Virus record (IMG/VR): IMGVR_UViG_3300028416_000006
DNA length: 64,000 nucleotides
Source: a virus
Strand: one strand, 5' to 3'
The notes beneath the pieces are model-generated. The model was given only the letters and a program-made list of their open reading frames with translations, was not told the DNA's origin and made no database searches. How positions within the stretch are numbered: the first letter of the stretch is position 1; each line of letters starts with the position of its first letter. Positions 20,163 through 29,105 of this stretch are shown piece by piece. The position numbers and the translations under genes were made by a program.

Positions 20163-21377
20163 TTGTTAATGAAATCGACTATTCCAACAACAATGTATAC
20201 ATTATATGATATACACTATGTAAAGTCAATACCTAATTTAAAAAAAATGGAAAAATATTACAACTTTGAACACGCACCCGACAAGCTACCTCCACAATGT
20301 GGAATAGGTTGGCTATTGGAACCATGCGACACTGTGTATCAAAATTTACTTGACTATTACAGTTTTCAATATAGAAGAATACCACAAATAGCACATAATA
20401 CACTTTATGATTTATGTAATGCTGGTATACAAGCAGACTTTAAAAAATTACTAATATTTAAACAGGGCATACTTCTAGACGACTTTGTAGAAAACACAGA
20501 ACAATATTGGAATACAGAATACAAAGATTGTGTAGTAGTTGGAAATGAACATGCATTATACATAGATTTAGAATGGTGGTACACATTTAATAAGCCAGAT
20601 ACATTTGATAAAATAATAAAAATTGCTCCTAATGTAGGAACGTGGAATACTAAATTAAGTAATGGTATGAGCTATAAAAATATATGTGATGTTGGAAAAA
20701 CATTGTGGGCTACAAGATGGTATGCTTCCAATACAGAAACAATGGATACTGAAAGAAAACAACATAGAACTAGTAGTGTGTTTAGTACTAGCGGTGGAAT
20801 TAGTCCTATATCAAACGCATATACTCAAAATTTAAAACCAGGTGGTACTTTACTTTGTTATGACACTGATGTACTTGCACTAAGTATGCAATCTTATATA
20901 TTTGACAAATGGGATGGTAGGTATTGGAAAATGTTTGTTGAAGATTATATTAACGAACATCCGGTACAAGCAGAACATTTTACATGTGTTTCAGACTTAC
21001 CTAATACTGATGCATATTTAGATAAACTAGGAGAGCCATTTGTAGAATGGTGGAACACTGTTGCAAAAACATTCAATGTAAAATATGTAAACACTGACTT
21101 AATAAATGTTAATCAAGTTATTGAAGATTTAGATGACGAGGTAGGTCAAGGTCAAGATTTTGAAAAAGTGTTCATTGATATTAGTAATGCATTTAATTAC
21201 GAAATAAATTCTATGCTTTATAGCAAAAATGTAAGAATAGAAGTAGAAAGAAAATACATAAAATATTTTAATAGATACAAAGACAAATTTATTAAAAAAG
21301 GTTTTGATTTAGAAATAATGAATCTAGATAAAAGATATCCACATTTGCCTAAATTGTTTCCTTGGCAGAAATTCTAA
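20163..21377 (+). CDS. hypothetical protein
   Basis: 404 aa plus-strand ORF with ATAAATA upstream. Confidence 0.7.
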   Translation: MLMKSTIPTTMYTLYDIHYVKSIPNLKKMEKYYNFEHAPDKLPPQCGIGWLLEPCDTVYQNLLDYYSFQYRRIPQIAHNTLYDLCNAGIQADFKKLLIFKQGILLDDFVENTEQYWNTEYKDCVVVGNEHALYIDLEWWYTFNKPDTFDKIIKIAPNVGTWNTKLSNGMSYKNICDVGKTLWATRWYASNTETMDTERKQHRTSSVFSTSGGISPISNAYTQNLKPGGTLLCYDTDVLALSMQSYIFDKWDGRYWKMFVEDYINEHPVQAEHFTCVSDLPNTDAYLDKLGEPFVEWWNTVAKTFNVKYVNTDLINVNQVIEDLDDEVGQGQDFEKVFIDISNAFNYEINSMLYSKNVRIEVERKYIKYFNRYKDKFIKKGFDLEIMNLDKRYPHLPKLFPWQKF

Positions 21378-21378
21378 C

Positions 21379-21455
21379 TGGCGGACCCGAGAGGATTCGA
21401 ACCTCTGGCCTTTGGTTCCGCAAACCAATGCTCTATCCAACTGAGCTACGGGTCC
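21379..21455 (-). tRNA. tRNA-Arg(GCG)
   Basis: TTGGT-TTGCGGA-ACCAA, A20, CCA. Confidence 0.92.
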
Positions 21456-21495
21456 ATTCATTAATATATAACATTTAACCCGATTAGTCAACCAT

Positions 21496-21526
21496 AAAAA
21501 AAGGCCGCATAAAGCGACCTTTTTTA
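21496..21526. terminator. intrinsic terminator (possibly bidirectional)
   Basis: A-run, AGGCCGC/GCGACCT stem, T-run. Confidence 0.7.
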
Positions 21527-21541
21527 ACTTATTTGTTAAGT

Positions 21542-22126
21542 TTAAAAACTAACTGTAAGTCCTACACTAACTTCTTTGTCAGTTGATTTCCAATCACTGT
21601 TAAGTGAATTAGTCAACTTGGCATTTAATGAAGTAGATGTGCCTAACGCAACTTTCGTACCGATAGTAAAGTTTGGTGTTGCTTTATCAATACTTGTAAA
21701 GTCACCTTCTACTGATTTTAACATATAGTCAACTTCAGCATATGGGGCAATAAGACCTAGGTCCATTTTACCACCTACAGTTGGAGTGAAATGCATTTCT
21801 GATTTAGTAAATGTATCTCCCCAATTGTATTCAGCTTCACCACTTAGGTAAGTACCAACTGGTCCAACGTTAAGAACGTCTAGAGTTTTTCCAACAGAAA
21901 CACTATAATCACGGTTAGTTCCGTTATCACTTACTCCTGCTCCAAAATCTAATGATCTTCCCATTGTGTACACATCAATTGATCTAGATGTATCGTTAGT
22001 TGACAATGAAACTCCCATAGTTGCCGATTCGGCAGCCATTGAGACTGTTGTATTGTCATAGTTCTCGGCTTGTGCCGTTCCAGTTAAAGCGACCATTAGA
22101 GCCGCCGTCATTATAATATTTCTCAT
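21542..22126 (-). CDS. outer-membrane beta-barrel protein
   Basis: Sec signal (AQA cleavage), alternating beta-strand pattern, C-terminal VSVGLTVSF. Confidence 0.7.
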   Translation of the reverse strand: MRNIIMTAALMVALTGTAQAENYDNTTVSMAAESATMGVSLSTNDTSRSIDVYTMGRSLDFGAGVSDNGTNRDYSVSVGKTLDVLNVGPVGTYLSGEAEYNWGDTFTKSEMHFTPTVGGKMDLGLIAPYAEVDYMLKSVEGDFTSIDKATPNFTIGTKVALGTSTSLNAKLTNSLNSDWKSTDKEVSVGLTVSF

Positions 22127-22177
22127 AATATTTCCTTGATTTTATTATTATATACTTTAACGCTAATTGCATTATAG

Positions 22178-22466
22178 TAGCAAGTTGATTCTGTTGCCAG
22201 GTCCAACTTGCAAAAACCCCTACGTGCTTAAAACTAAGCCGCTAATGCCATTTCTGGCGAATAATTGTCATTTGCAATTATAAAGTTTGTTCGCGGTAAC
22301 GGCGCTTACATCCCGGCAACTCCCTTTACCTATTAGCTACCCAGTCGAACCTATTTCAACCCCATCAAAAACACACTATGAACTACTAGTAACAATGTGT
22401 TTATGGTGGAGTTGTCCGGTACCGCCCCGGAGTCCTGAATCAGCGTTGAGTAAATTTCAACATTGC
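22178..22466 (-). ncRNA. ssrA: circularly permuted two-piece tmRNA, alphaproteobacterial type
   Basis: Acceptor piece ending CAACTCCACCA (3' end 22404) with GGCGGTA T-loop; coding piece starts GGGGTTGAAATAGGTTCGAC at 22363; G3:U pair; tag ANDNYSPEMALAA* at 22275-22234. Confidence 0.93.
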
Positions 22467-22489
22467 GTATTATTTATGATAACACAAAA

Positions 22490-22900
22490 TTAAGTTATGT
22501 CAACCGGTTTTGCGTTTATTTGTTGTTTTTTTCCAGAATAATCTCTAACTGCGGCTTTAATGGCATCTTCTGCCAATACGCTACAGTGTATCTTAACTGG
22601 TGGCAATGCAAGTTCTTCTACTATTGTTGTGTTTTTAATCTCTTGTGCTTGATCTAGTGTCATACCTTTAAGCATAGTTGTTACCATACTTGAACTAGCA
22701 ATTGCACTTCCACAACCGTATGTTTTGAATTTTGCATCTTCAATAATGCCATCTTCTGTTACTTTAATTTGTAAACGCATTACATCACCACATGCAGGTG
22801 CGCCTACCATTCCAGTTCCGATATTATCTTCCTTGGGGTCGAACTTACCTACATTTCTTGGATTATTGTAATGGTCTAGCACTTTTTCGCTATATGCCAT
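22490..22900 (-). CDS. iscU: Fe-S cluster scaffold IscU
   Basis: GAPACGD, KTYGCGSAIASSS, LPPVKIHCS. Confidence 0.95.
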   Translation of the reverse strand: MAYSEKVLDHYNNPRNVGKFDPKEDNIGTGMVGAPACGDVMRLQIKVTEDGIIEDAKFKTYGCGSAIASSSMVTTMLKGMTLDQAQEIKNTTIVEELALPPVKIHCSVLAEDAIKAAVRDYSGKKQQINAKPVDIT

Positions 22901-22921
22901 AATTTCTTCCTATTTGAAATA

Positions 22922-23413
22922 CTATTTATCTAATTTATACTCAAAATTCTGAGTAGTTGCATTATACTGTACTAACTTAGCACCGTTGCTTATATGAAAA
23001 TGTGCTGCCATTGGTGTTAATGGCGATAATGTAACTATTCGTTCAATATCTGTTTTTTCTACTATGTGTTGCTTTAGTTTTGCTACTATTTCTCTACCTG
23101 CGCCTCTTTTACGTGACCATACTGTATATGCAACTGCAATATTGGCGTTCTCAAGTAAATGTGCATTCTCACTGATTAAGCTAAGTTCTCTTTCACTTTG
23201 TGGCAAATCATTGCAAAATGCTACACAGATAATACCTTCAATATTATCTTTGTATTTTAGTCCATAAATTTTTCTACCATAACTTGTTCTGAATTCTAAG
23301 TCCAAATCAGGTCTTACTGGATCTTCACTTACATCAATATCAGTTAACTCTACTAATTCGCTAGAGTTAACCCACCTGAAGAAGTTATCAATTGATTCTT
23401 TAAATATTTTCAA
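22922..23413 (-). CDS. hypothetical protein, GNAT-like
   Basis: YTVWSRKRGAG and FHISNGA resemble acetyltransferase motifs. Confidence 0.5.
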   Translation of the reverse strand: MKIFKESIDNFFRWVNSSELVELTDIDVSEDPVRPDLDLEFRTSYGRKIYGLKYKDNIEGIICVAFCNDLPQSERELSLISENAHLLENANIAVAYTVWSRKRGAGREIVAKLKQHIVEKTDIERIVTLSPLTPMAAHFHISNGAKLVQYNATTQNFEYKLDK

Positions 23414-23424
23414 TTGCTACTCCT

Positions 23425-23961
23425 CTATAAAGATGCAAAAACATTTTCTGGTGTTGTTTCACCATACGGATCAGAATCTTCTGCTGATGCATCGGGTTCA
23501 ATAAACATTTTGTTAATTACACCGTTCTCAACAATCATTGCATATCGTCTGCTACGCTTGTTAAATCCTACATCACTCATGTCAATTAATTGACCCATAC
23601 CTTCTGTAAATGTTCCATTACCATCTGGCAATACTTTAACATTCTTAAGATTATTAGCATCACGCCAGGCATTCATAACAAATGAATCATTAACACTTAC
23701 ACAATAAATATCGCTTACGCCTACGTCATAAAAGTCTTGTGCATAAAGTTCAAATCCTGGTAACTGAAATGTGCTACATGTTGGTGTAAATGCACCTGGT
23801 AAACTAAACACTACAACTAGTTTATCTTTGAAGATTTCATCTGTTGTTAGCTCTGCCCAAGTTGATGGTACAATCTCACAGGAATTTGTTTTACTGTTTG
23901 ACGGATCTGGTACTCGTACTTTAAATGTAACTGCTGGTACATTGCTATTTTCTTTCGTCAT
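23425..23961 (-). CDS. peroxiredoxin (Prx5/Redoxin family)
   Basis: PGAFTPTCS, SVNDSFVM, RSRRYAM. Confidence 0.93.
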   Translation of the reverse strand: MTKENSNVPAVTFKVRVPDPSNSKTNSCEIVPSTWAELTTDEIFKDKLVVVFSLPGAFTPTCSTFQLPGFELYAQDFYDVGVSDIYCVSVNDSFVMNAWRDANNLKNVKVLPDGNGTFTEGMGQLIDMSDVGFNKRSRRYAMIVENGVINKMFIEPDASAEDSDPYGETTPENVFASL

Positions 23962-24051
23962 TATAGACTCCTTTATTTCATTAGTGTAATTATAGTATAT
24001 TATTATCTGTTTGTCAATAGTTTTTGTCTATTTTTAATAAATAGTTATAGT

Positions 24052-24363
24052 ATGTTAGAATCAGAAGCAATGAAAATATCAATGTTCTTAGAACCATTAA
24101 TAGGGCTAGGAATCACTGCGATAATAGTACTATGGTTTAAAGAAGCTGTAGGAGATTTTGTAGCAAGTCTAAGATGGAAAATGAAACCAGGATTTGAACC
24201 CGGTGACGAAGTATTTTTAGATGGAGAAAAGGCTACTATTATTAGTATAGGCATGCGAGAAACTATATTTGAAATTGATAACGGTCGAGGTAAAGTATGG
24301 AGATATATCTACAATACACGCATACCAACACATAGATTGGAGAAATTAATTGTTAAAAAATAA
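24052..24363 (+). CDS. MscS beta-domain-like small membrane protein
   Basis: TM followed by FEPGDEVFLDG...IGMRET. Confidence 0.6.
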   Translation: MLESEAMKISMFLEPLIGLGITAIIVLWFKEAVGDFVASLRWKMKPGFEPGDEVFLDGEKATIISIGMRETIFEIDNGRGKVWRYIYNTRIPTHRLEKLIVKK

Positions 24364-25105
24364 TATAGATTGGCATCTAGCAGAATTATGTATAGATGTA
24401 TCGAAGATAGTATACGAAGAAAAAACAGAAGTAGTTAAATTCCTAAAAGATAACAAAATAAAACATTCAAGTGTTAAATTCTTTGAAAAAGAAAACGCAC
24501 AAGGCTATGGTATTGTTATGCCTGACTATGTGATCGTTGCTTTTAGAGGTACTGAAGGCGCTCAAATGGGTGACTTATTAGCAGATATCAAGGCTTGGCC
24601 TGCAGGTGCAGATACAACAGGTACAGTACATTCTGGATTTAAACATGAATTAGATAAACTATATCCTGAAATTATTAAGTGGTTGGGTAAAAAACTAACT
24701 ACTAAAAAAATAGTAATTACTGGACATAGTTTGGGAGCTGCAATGGCAACTATATGTGCTACTAGATTTCACCAAGCAGGTGCAGATTTAGTTTTATATA
24801 CATATGGGTCACCAAAAGTAGGTGATAGAACATGGGGCGAACAGTTTAATGATATAGAGGCGTATAGATTTGTTAATAACAACGATATTGTTACTAGAGT
24901 TCCATTCTTTGGATATTACAAACATGTAGGGCAAATAGAGTATATTACATACGATGTGCATATCAAAACCAAAGTAACATGGTGGCAACGCTTTAAAGAC
25001 AGAATGAAAGGAACTGGTAAAGCAATTAGTAAGTTTCAGTTCTTTGATGGACTATATGACCACTTTGGAAATCAATATATTAAGAAAATTAAGACTCGTA
25101 AATAA
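24350..25105 (+). CDS. class 3 lipase
   Basis: VAFRGT, GHSLGAA, YTYGSPKVG, NNNDIVTRVP. Confidence 0.9.
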   Translation: MLKNNIDWHLAELCIDVSKIVYEEKTEVVKFLKDNKIKHSSVKFFEKENAQGYGIVMPDYVIVAFRGTEGAQMGDLLADIKAWPAGADTTGTVHSGFKHELDKLYPEIIKWLGKKLTTKKIVITGHSLGAAMATICATRFHQAGADLVLYTYGSPKVGDRTWGEQFNDIEAYRFVNNNDIVTRVPFFGYYKHVGQIEYITYDVHIKTKVTWWQRFKDRMKGTGKAISKFQFFDGLYDHFGNQYIKKIKTRK

Positions 25106-26066
25106 TTTGATTTGGATCTTTTCCGTGTACCCACGTACTATCTAATGCTTTAATAACACACTTTGACTTATATTTTTCAACTGTTAATGCTAGTTGTTCA
25201 TCACTTCCAACTAAATCTGATTTTATAATATCATAACAAGGCGTTTTATTTTTATCTATAGCAAGTATAATCATATGCTCTAATCCATTGTTACGCCAAT
25301 TGTATCCAATACGTGTATCTTCACCTTTTATAAACCCATCATAACGTATTACATCCCAAAAATTAAATCTGATGTTTTCCGGATCTGCTTCTAATACTTT
25401 TTGATTATCAGTCTCGACAATAGTTGTACCATTAACCACAACTGCGTGACCATCAAATACTGTACTATTGTTTTGTGCTAAATTTACAAACTGTTCGTCG
25501 TGTATATTCCAACCCTCGATATTATTACCTTCTTTATCCTTGTAACTTATTATACCTTTATGTACGATTACATTAACACGTAAGCCTCTGCTAATAGGTT
25601 GTACTGCGGCTGGATATTGTTTAAATGTTTTATAGTCTGCTACAGTGGGCGAACTTATTGGATAAATCATTATTAACCCAGGCCATACTGCATTTATTGT
25701 TTCTAGCTCAAGTCCCAAATCCAAGTCTTGTCTTAGCAAACTAACAAATAGATCTGCTTCTCGATCATCAATATGTTGCATTGCCATTTGACAAGAGAAG
25801 TTTTTTTCTCTTTCATCATATTTTTCGTCTATAATGTCTGTTAGAATATGTAGGAATCTTGTTAATCCCATACCAAACTTTTTACCATTTCGTCTTGGAA
25901 CAAAATCTTGCATTCCAAAGTCTACCCAAGGATTATATGCAATAGTAAGTATGCGTTTAAATATAGGTTCTTTTTGATAAGTTGTAAGAAGCTCTAGTTT
26001 CTCCTCCTGAGTACTAAAGGTCTGTAACTTTGTTATTAATTCTGATAATAGATGTACTTTGCTCAT
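25089..26066 (-). CDS. DNA ligase-like protein lacking catalytic residues
   Basis: T4-type ligase N-domain and degenerate motifs (QPISRGLR, FDGH, FWDVI); no OB domain. Confidence 0.6.
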   Translation of the reverse strand: MSKVHLLSELITKLQTFSTQEEKLELLTTYQKEPIFKRILTIAYNPWVDFGMQDFVPRRNGKKFGMGLTRFLHILTDIIDEKYDEREKNFSCQMAMQHIDDREADLFVSLLRQDLDLGLELETINAVWPGLIMIYPISSPTVADYKTFKQYPAAVQPISRGLRVNVIVHKGIISYKDKEGNNIEGWNIHDEQFVNLAQNNSTVFDGHAVVVNGTTIVETDNQKVLEADPENIRFNFWDVIRYDGFIKGEDTRIGYNWRNNGLEHMIILAIDKNKTPCYDIIKSDLVGSDEQLALTVEKYKSKCVIKALDSTWVHGKDPNQIIYES

Positions 26067-26094
26067 ACAACTATTTATCAAATTAAAACTAACG

Positions 26095-26126
26095 TAAATA
26101 AGGGCGCCTATTTGCCGCCCTTTTTC
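26095..26126. terminator. terminator closing the microprotein operon
   Basis: AGGGCG/CGCCCT stem flanked by A/T runs. Confidence 0.7.
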
Positions 26127-26170
26127 TTTTCTATTGGTTTTTTAAAGTAAGTGTGATTTGGATCTAACAT
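26108..26170 (-). CDS. putative 20 aa basic peptide MLDPNHTYFKKPIEKKKGGK
   Basis: TAATG-coupled to upstream ORF; stop lies inside terminator. Confidence 0.35.
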   Translation of the reverse strand: MLDPNHTYFKKPIEKKKGGK

Positions 26171-26304
26171 TAGTTAGTCTTGTACATATTATGTTTGAAC
26201 TCAGAGATCTCATTGGCTTTGTCGTGCATGCCCATTTCTCTAAGTTGTTTAATACTCATACAGTAACTTCTGTATTCCATTAGTTTCATAAATCGTTTAA
26301 ACAT
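26170..26304 (-). CDS. 44 aa microprotein
   Basis: Hand translation MFKRFMKLMEYRSYCMSIKQLREMGMHDKANEISEFKHNMYKTN; TAATG coupling. Confidence 0.6.
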   Translation of the reverse strand: MFKRFMKLMEYRSYCMSIKQLREMGMHDKANEISEFKHNMYKTN

Positions 26305-26489
26305 TAATAAGTCTTTCTATAAATTTTGTCGCCACGTGCAACTGATTTAATGTCGCCTCTGCATAATCCAATATCATTTAACTCAAAGTCGTTTAATTCT
26401 GACAAAGCCTTTTCTGTTGCTCTGCGGCTTTGCTTGTTTGCATAAGCACGTTTTACCCAACTTAGTTTATTTGTTATAGTATTAATCAT
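26304..26489 (-). CDS. DUF1127 (YjiS-like) small protein
   Basis: RRATEKALSELNDFELNDIGLCRGDI signature. Confidence 0.88.
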   Translation of the reverse strand: MINTITNKLSWVKRAYANKQSRRATEKALSELNDFELNDIGLCRGDIKSVARGDKIYRKTY

Positions 26490-26674
26490 TATCTACTCTC
26501 CAGCATTAGTTTTTTTGCTTCTTCTGTGTAGCCTTGTCTATGTAATTCAGCGGCTGCTCTTGCACGACCTGCCGATTCACCAAATGACCAAATAGCCATC
26601 ATTACTTTTAATGATGCTTGTTTAATTTTTTCACAAACACTACATGTTTGTTTGTATATTAATGTTGTTGTCAT
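26489..26674 (-). CDS. 61 aa microprotein
   Basis: Start MTTTLIY by ATGA overlap; GRARAAAELHRQGY motif. Confidence 0.65.
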   Translation of the reverse strand: MTTTLIYKQTCSVCEKIKQASLKVMMAIWSFGESAGRARAAAELHRQGYTEEAKKLMLESR

Positions 26675-26877
26675 TTTACTGCTACCTTGATATTGATATC
26701 TGCAAGACCCATCTTTGGTGCAGATCCTTTGTGTTCTAGCATATAGTTGTAGGCATATTGCCAATCAGAACCATATTCTGTTTTTGCATAAGTCATTAGG
26801 GTGTTATTGTAAGCCACACGACTTCTACGTGAGCCATTGAATAATCCCGACCATGCACTAAAAAAAGTGTTAGCCAT
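26671..26877 (-). CDS. 68 aa microprotein
   Basis: Start MANTFF after GGAG SD; YAKTEYGSDWQYAY motif. Confidence 0.7.
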   Translation of the reverse strand: MANTFFSAWSGLFNGSRRSRVAYNNTLMTYAKTEYGSDWQYAYNYMLEHKGSAPKMGLADINIKVAVK

Positions 26878-26894
26878 TTTATATTCTCCGTTAT

Positions 26895-27095
26895 ATGTGT
26901 GGATGTTTTTGGGAAAGCATCCGTTATTTGCCAGTCTCTCCTGGCCGCTACCACGATACCTCATAATGTATCGCTTGTAAGGCATGGGTTATGCCCTGGT
27001 CTTTCCCAGAGTCAGTTAGCGTGGCACTAACTGCCGCTCTTTTTTTCTGAGCCGAGGTCGCTCTATACTACGTTGTATATGTAAATAACAACACG
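26895..27095 (-). ncRNA. structured multi-hairpin RNA (5' leader or sRNA), family unrecognised
   Basis: GC-rich island with about 8 consecutive stem-loops and an 8-nt long-range complement. Confidence 0.65.
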
Positions 27096-27200
27096 ACATT
27101 GTATTGCTCTTATTACACTTTTATTTATCACGCATTCACGCAATAAACCGTACTTATTTATGCAAAGACGCTATGCACTATACACATACCGTCTTAAAAG

Positions 27201-28310
27201 TTATATTTTGGTTGTTGAGCTTTCGTATGTTTTGTTAAACTGATTATTAACACGAACGAATGTTGTACACTTGCTCAATTGTTTTAATTTCATTGCACCT
27301 GCGTATGTACAAGTACTACGCAACCCGCCTAGGATTGCTTGTATGGTGTGCTGTACTGCACCTCTGTATGGAACTAGTACTTCTCGTCCTTCGCTTGCAC
27401 GATAGTCTTTTAGTCCTCCAAAGTGTTTTGTATTTGCTGCATCACTACTCATTCCGTAAAAAGCCACAAACTGTTTTTGTTCAAGTAAAGGTTTTTCTGC
27501 TGTGAGCCATTCATTGGTTGCATACATCTTACTAATAACTTCGCCGCCGCCTTGATCATGTCCTGCAAGCATACCGCCTAGCATTACATAATCGGCACCA
27601 CCAGCAAATGCTTTAGCCACATCACCACTAGAGTTACAGCCCCCATCAGCAATAATATGTCCACCAAGTCCATGTGCCGCATCTGCACATTCAATGACTG
27701 CACTAAGTTGCGGATACCCGACTCCTGTTTGGATTCGTGTTGTACACACGCTTCCTGGTCCAATTCCGACTTTAACGATGTCTGCTCCATTTAAAATTAA
27801 CTCCTCTGTCATCTCTCCGGTTACTACATTACCTGCTATAATTACTAAATTAGGAAATGCATTACGAACTTTTTTAACATGTTGTGCAAAGTGATCACTG
27901 TAACCATTTGCAATATCCATACATACATATTTTAGTTTATTGCTTACTTTATTATACACGGCTTCTAACTTATCAAAGTCTATTGTTCCTGTACCAATGC
28001 TCATAGCAATGTTTTGTGTTCTTCTATTATCTGGATAATCATTGTTAAAAAAATCTACAAGTTCTTCCACTGAATATGTTTTTACTAAACATGTAAATAT
28101 ATTTTGTTGTGCAAGTTCATCTGCCATTTCAAATGTTCCAACACCATCCATGTTAGCAGCCATAATAGGAATACCTTCGTACTCATGTCTGCTGTTTCTA
28201 AATTTAAACTTGCGTTCAAGTCTTACTTGTTTGCGTGAACTTAATGTACTACGCTTTGGACGAATTAAAACGTCACTGTAGTCTAATTTTATGTCTTGAT
28301 CAATTCTCAT
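27201..28310 (-). CDS. guaC: GMP reductase
   Basis: [37 protein letters not shown]. Confidence 0.95.
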   Translation of the reverse strand: MRIDQDIKLDYSDVLIRPKRSTLSSRKQVRLERKFKFRNSRHEYEGIPIMAANMDGVGTFEMADELAQQNIFTCLVKTYSVEELVDFFNNDYPDNRRTQNIAMSIGTGTIDFDKLEAVYNKVSNKLKYVCMDIANGYSDHFAQHVKKVRNAFPNLVIIAGNVVTGEMTEELILNGADIVKVGIGPGSVCTTRIQTGVGYPQLSAVIECADAAHGLGGHIIADGGCNSSGDVAKAFAGGADYVMLGGMLAGHDQGGGEVISKMYATNEWLTAEKPLLEQKQFVAFYGMSSDAANTKHFGGLKDYRASEGREVLVPYRGAVQHTIQAILGGLRSTCTYAGAMKLKQLSKCTTFVRVNNQFNKTYESSTTKI

Positions 28311-28713
28311 TTTTACATACCCTATGTCTTAAATCTGTTGTACTGAATCTGTGATCTCTTTTATTAAAGTGTAGATCTATGTCTCGTCTTTTACAAATGT
28401 CTTTTCCTGTAAAATCTTTTTCTCTGTATTCTTCACCTAGTATACGTACATCAATATGATACATTTCTAGTATATCTTCTAAATCTTTTTCTAATGCATA
28501 TGGAATAATTTCATCAACATACTGTACTGCATTAAGTTGTGTGTAACGCTCTACAATTGATTGTATTGGCGGATTCTTAGAATCCCTATCAACACTTGGA
28601 TCCATTTGTAATCCACAAATCAAATAATCGCATTGTTCTTTTGCTTCTCTTAACATTTGTACATGTCCTGCATGTAATAAATCAAATGTACTGCAAGTAA
28701 ATCCTATTTTCAT
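28300..28713 (-). CDS. cytidylyltransferase (TagD-like)
   Basis: [17 protein letters not shown]. Confidence 0.88.
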   Translation of the reverse strand: MKIGFTCSTFDLLHAGHVQMLREAKEQCDYLICGLQMDPSVDRDSKNPPIQSIVERYTQLNAVQYVDEIIPYALEKDLEDILEMYHIDVRILGEEYREKDFTGKDICKRRDIDLHFNKRDHRFSTTDLRHRVCKNEN

Positions 28714-29105
28714 ATTAATAATCCTTGTACAAAGTTCATAGCTACTGCTGTTCCAGTTATAGCACTTCCTATCATAATAGCTCTGTCGCCCCAAGCCATT
28801 CCAACAAATATCCAACCAATACTACTAACCATATATGCTACTTGGCCCCAAAATACTAATCCAGCACTAATTAAAAAGACTCCACAAACTGCAAAGCCCA
28901 TTGCTGCCCACTTAATATACCAGTCTGTTGTACCAACTGGTGTTGTTGGTGTTAAGTCTTCTACTTCAGATTGTAGTTCTGACAATTCTTTCTTTAAACG
29001 CTTACGTTCAGCACCTAATTCCATAGCCAGTTTTCCAGCTTTGGTCATTTGACTATCTTTGTATTCGGCTTTAACTTCTTGGCGTATTTCTTCTTCTTTT
29101 GTCAT
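28710..29105 (-). CDS. membrane protein
   Basis: Coiled coil plus about three TM; coupled at both ends. Confidence 0.6.
   Translation of the reverse strand: MTKEEEIRQEVKAEYKDSQMTKAGKLAMELGAERKRLKKELSELQSEVEDLTPTTPVGTTDWYIKWAAMGFAVCGVFLISAGLVFWGQVAYMVSSIGWIFVGMAWGDRAIMIGSAITGTAVAMNFVQGLLI

Noticed and set aside
26895-27095. Cobalamin riboswitch call for the structured leader (GCCAC...GGGAA and GCCAGGAGA-like words)
   Set aside because: Core elements (GGTG-AA-TCC T-loop arm, CCCGCAACTGT) are not found and the words sit in separate local hairpins; left unassigned pending a covariance search
26895-27095. Cuckoo (CCUCCUCCC) sRNA array as known beside DUF1127 genes
   Set aside because: No CCTCCTCCC loop on either strand
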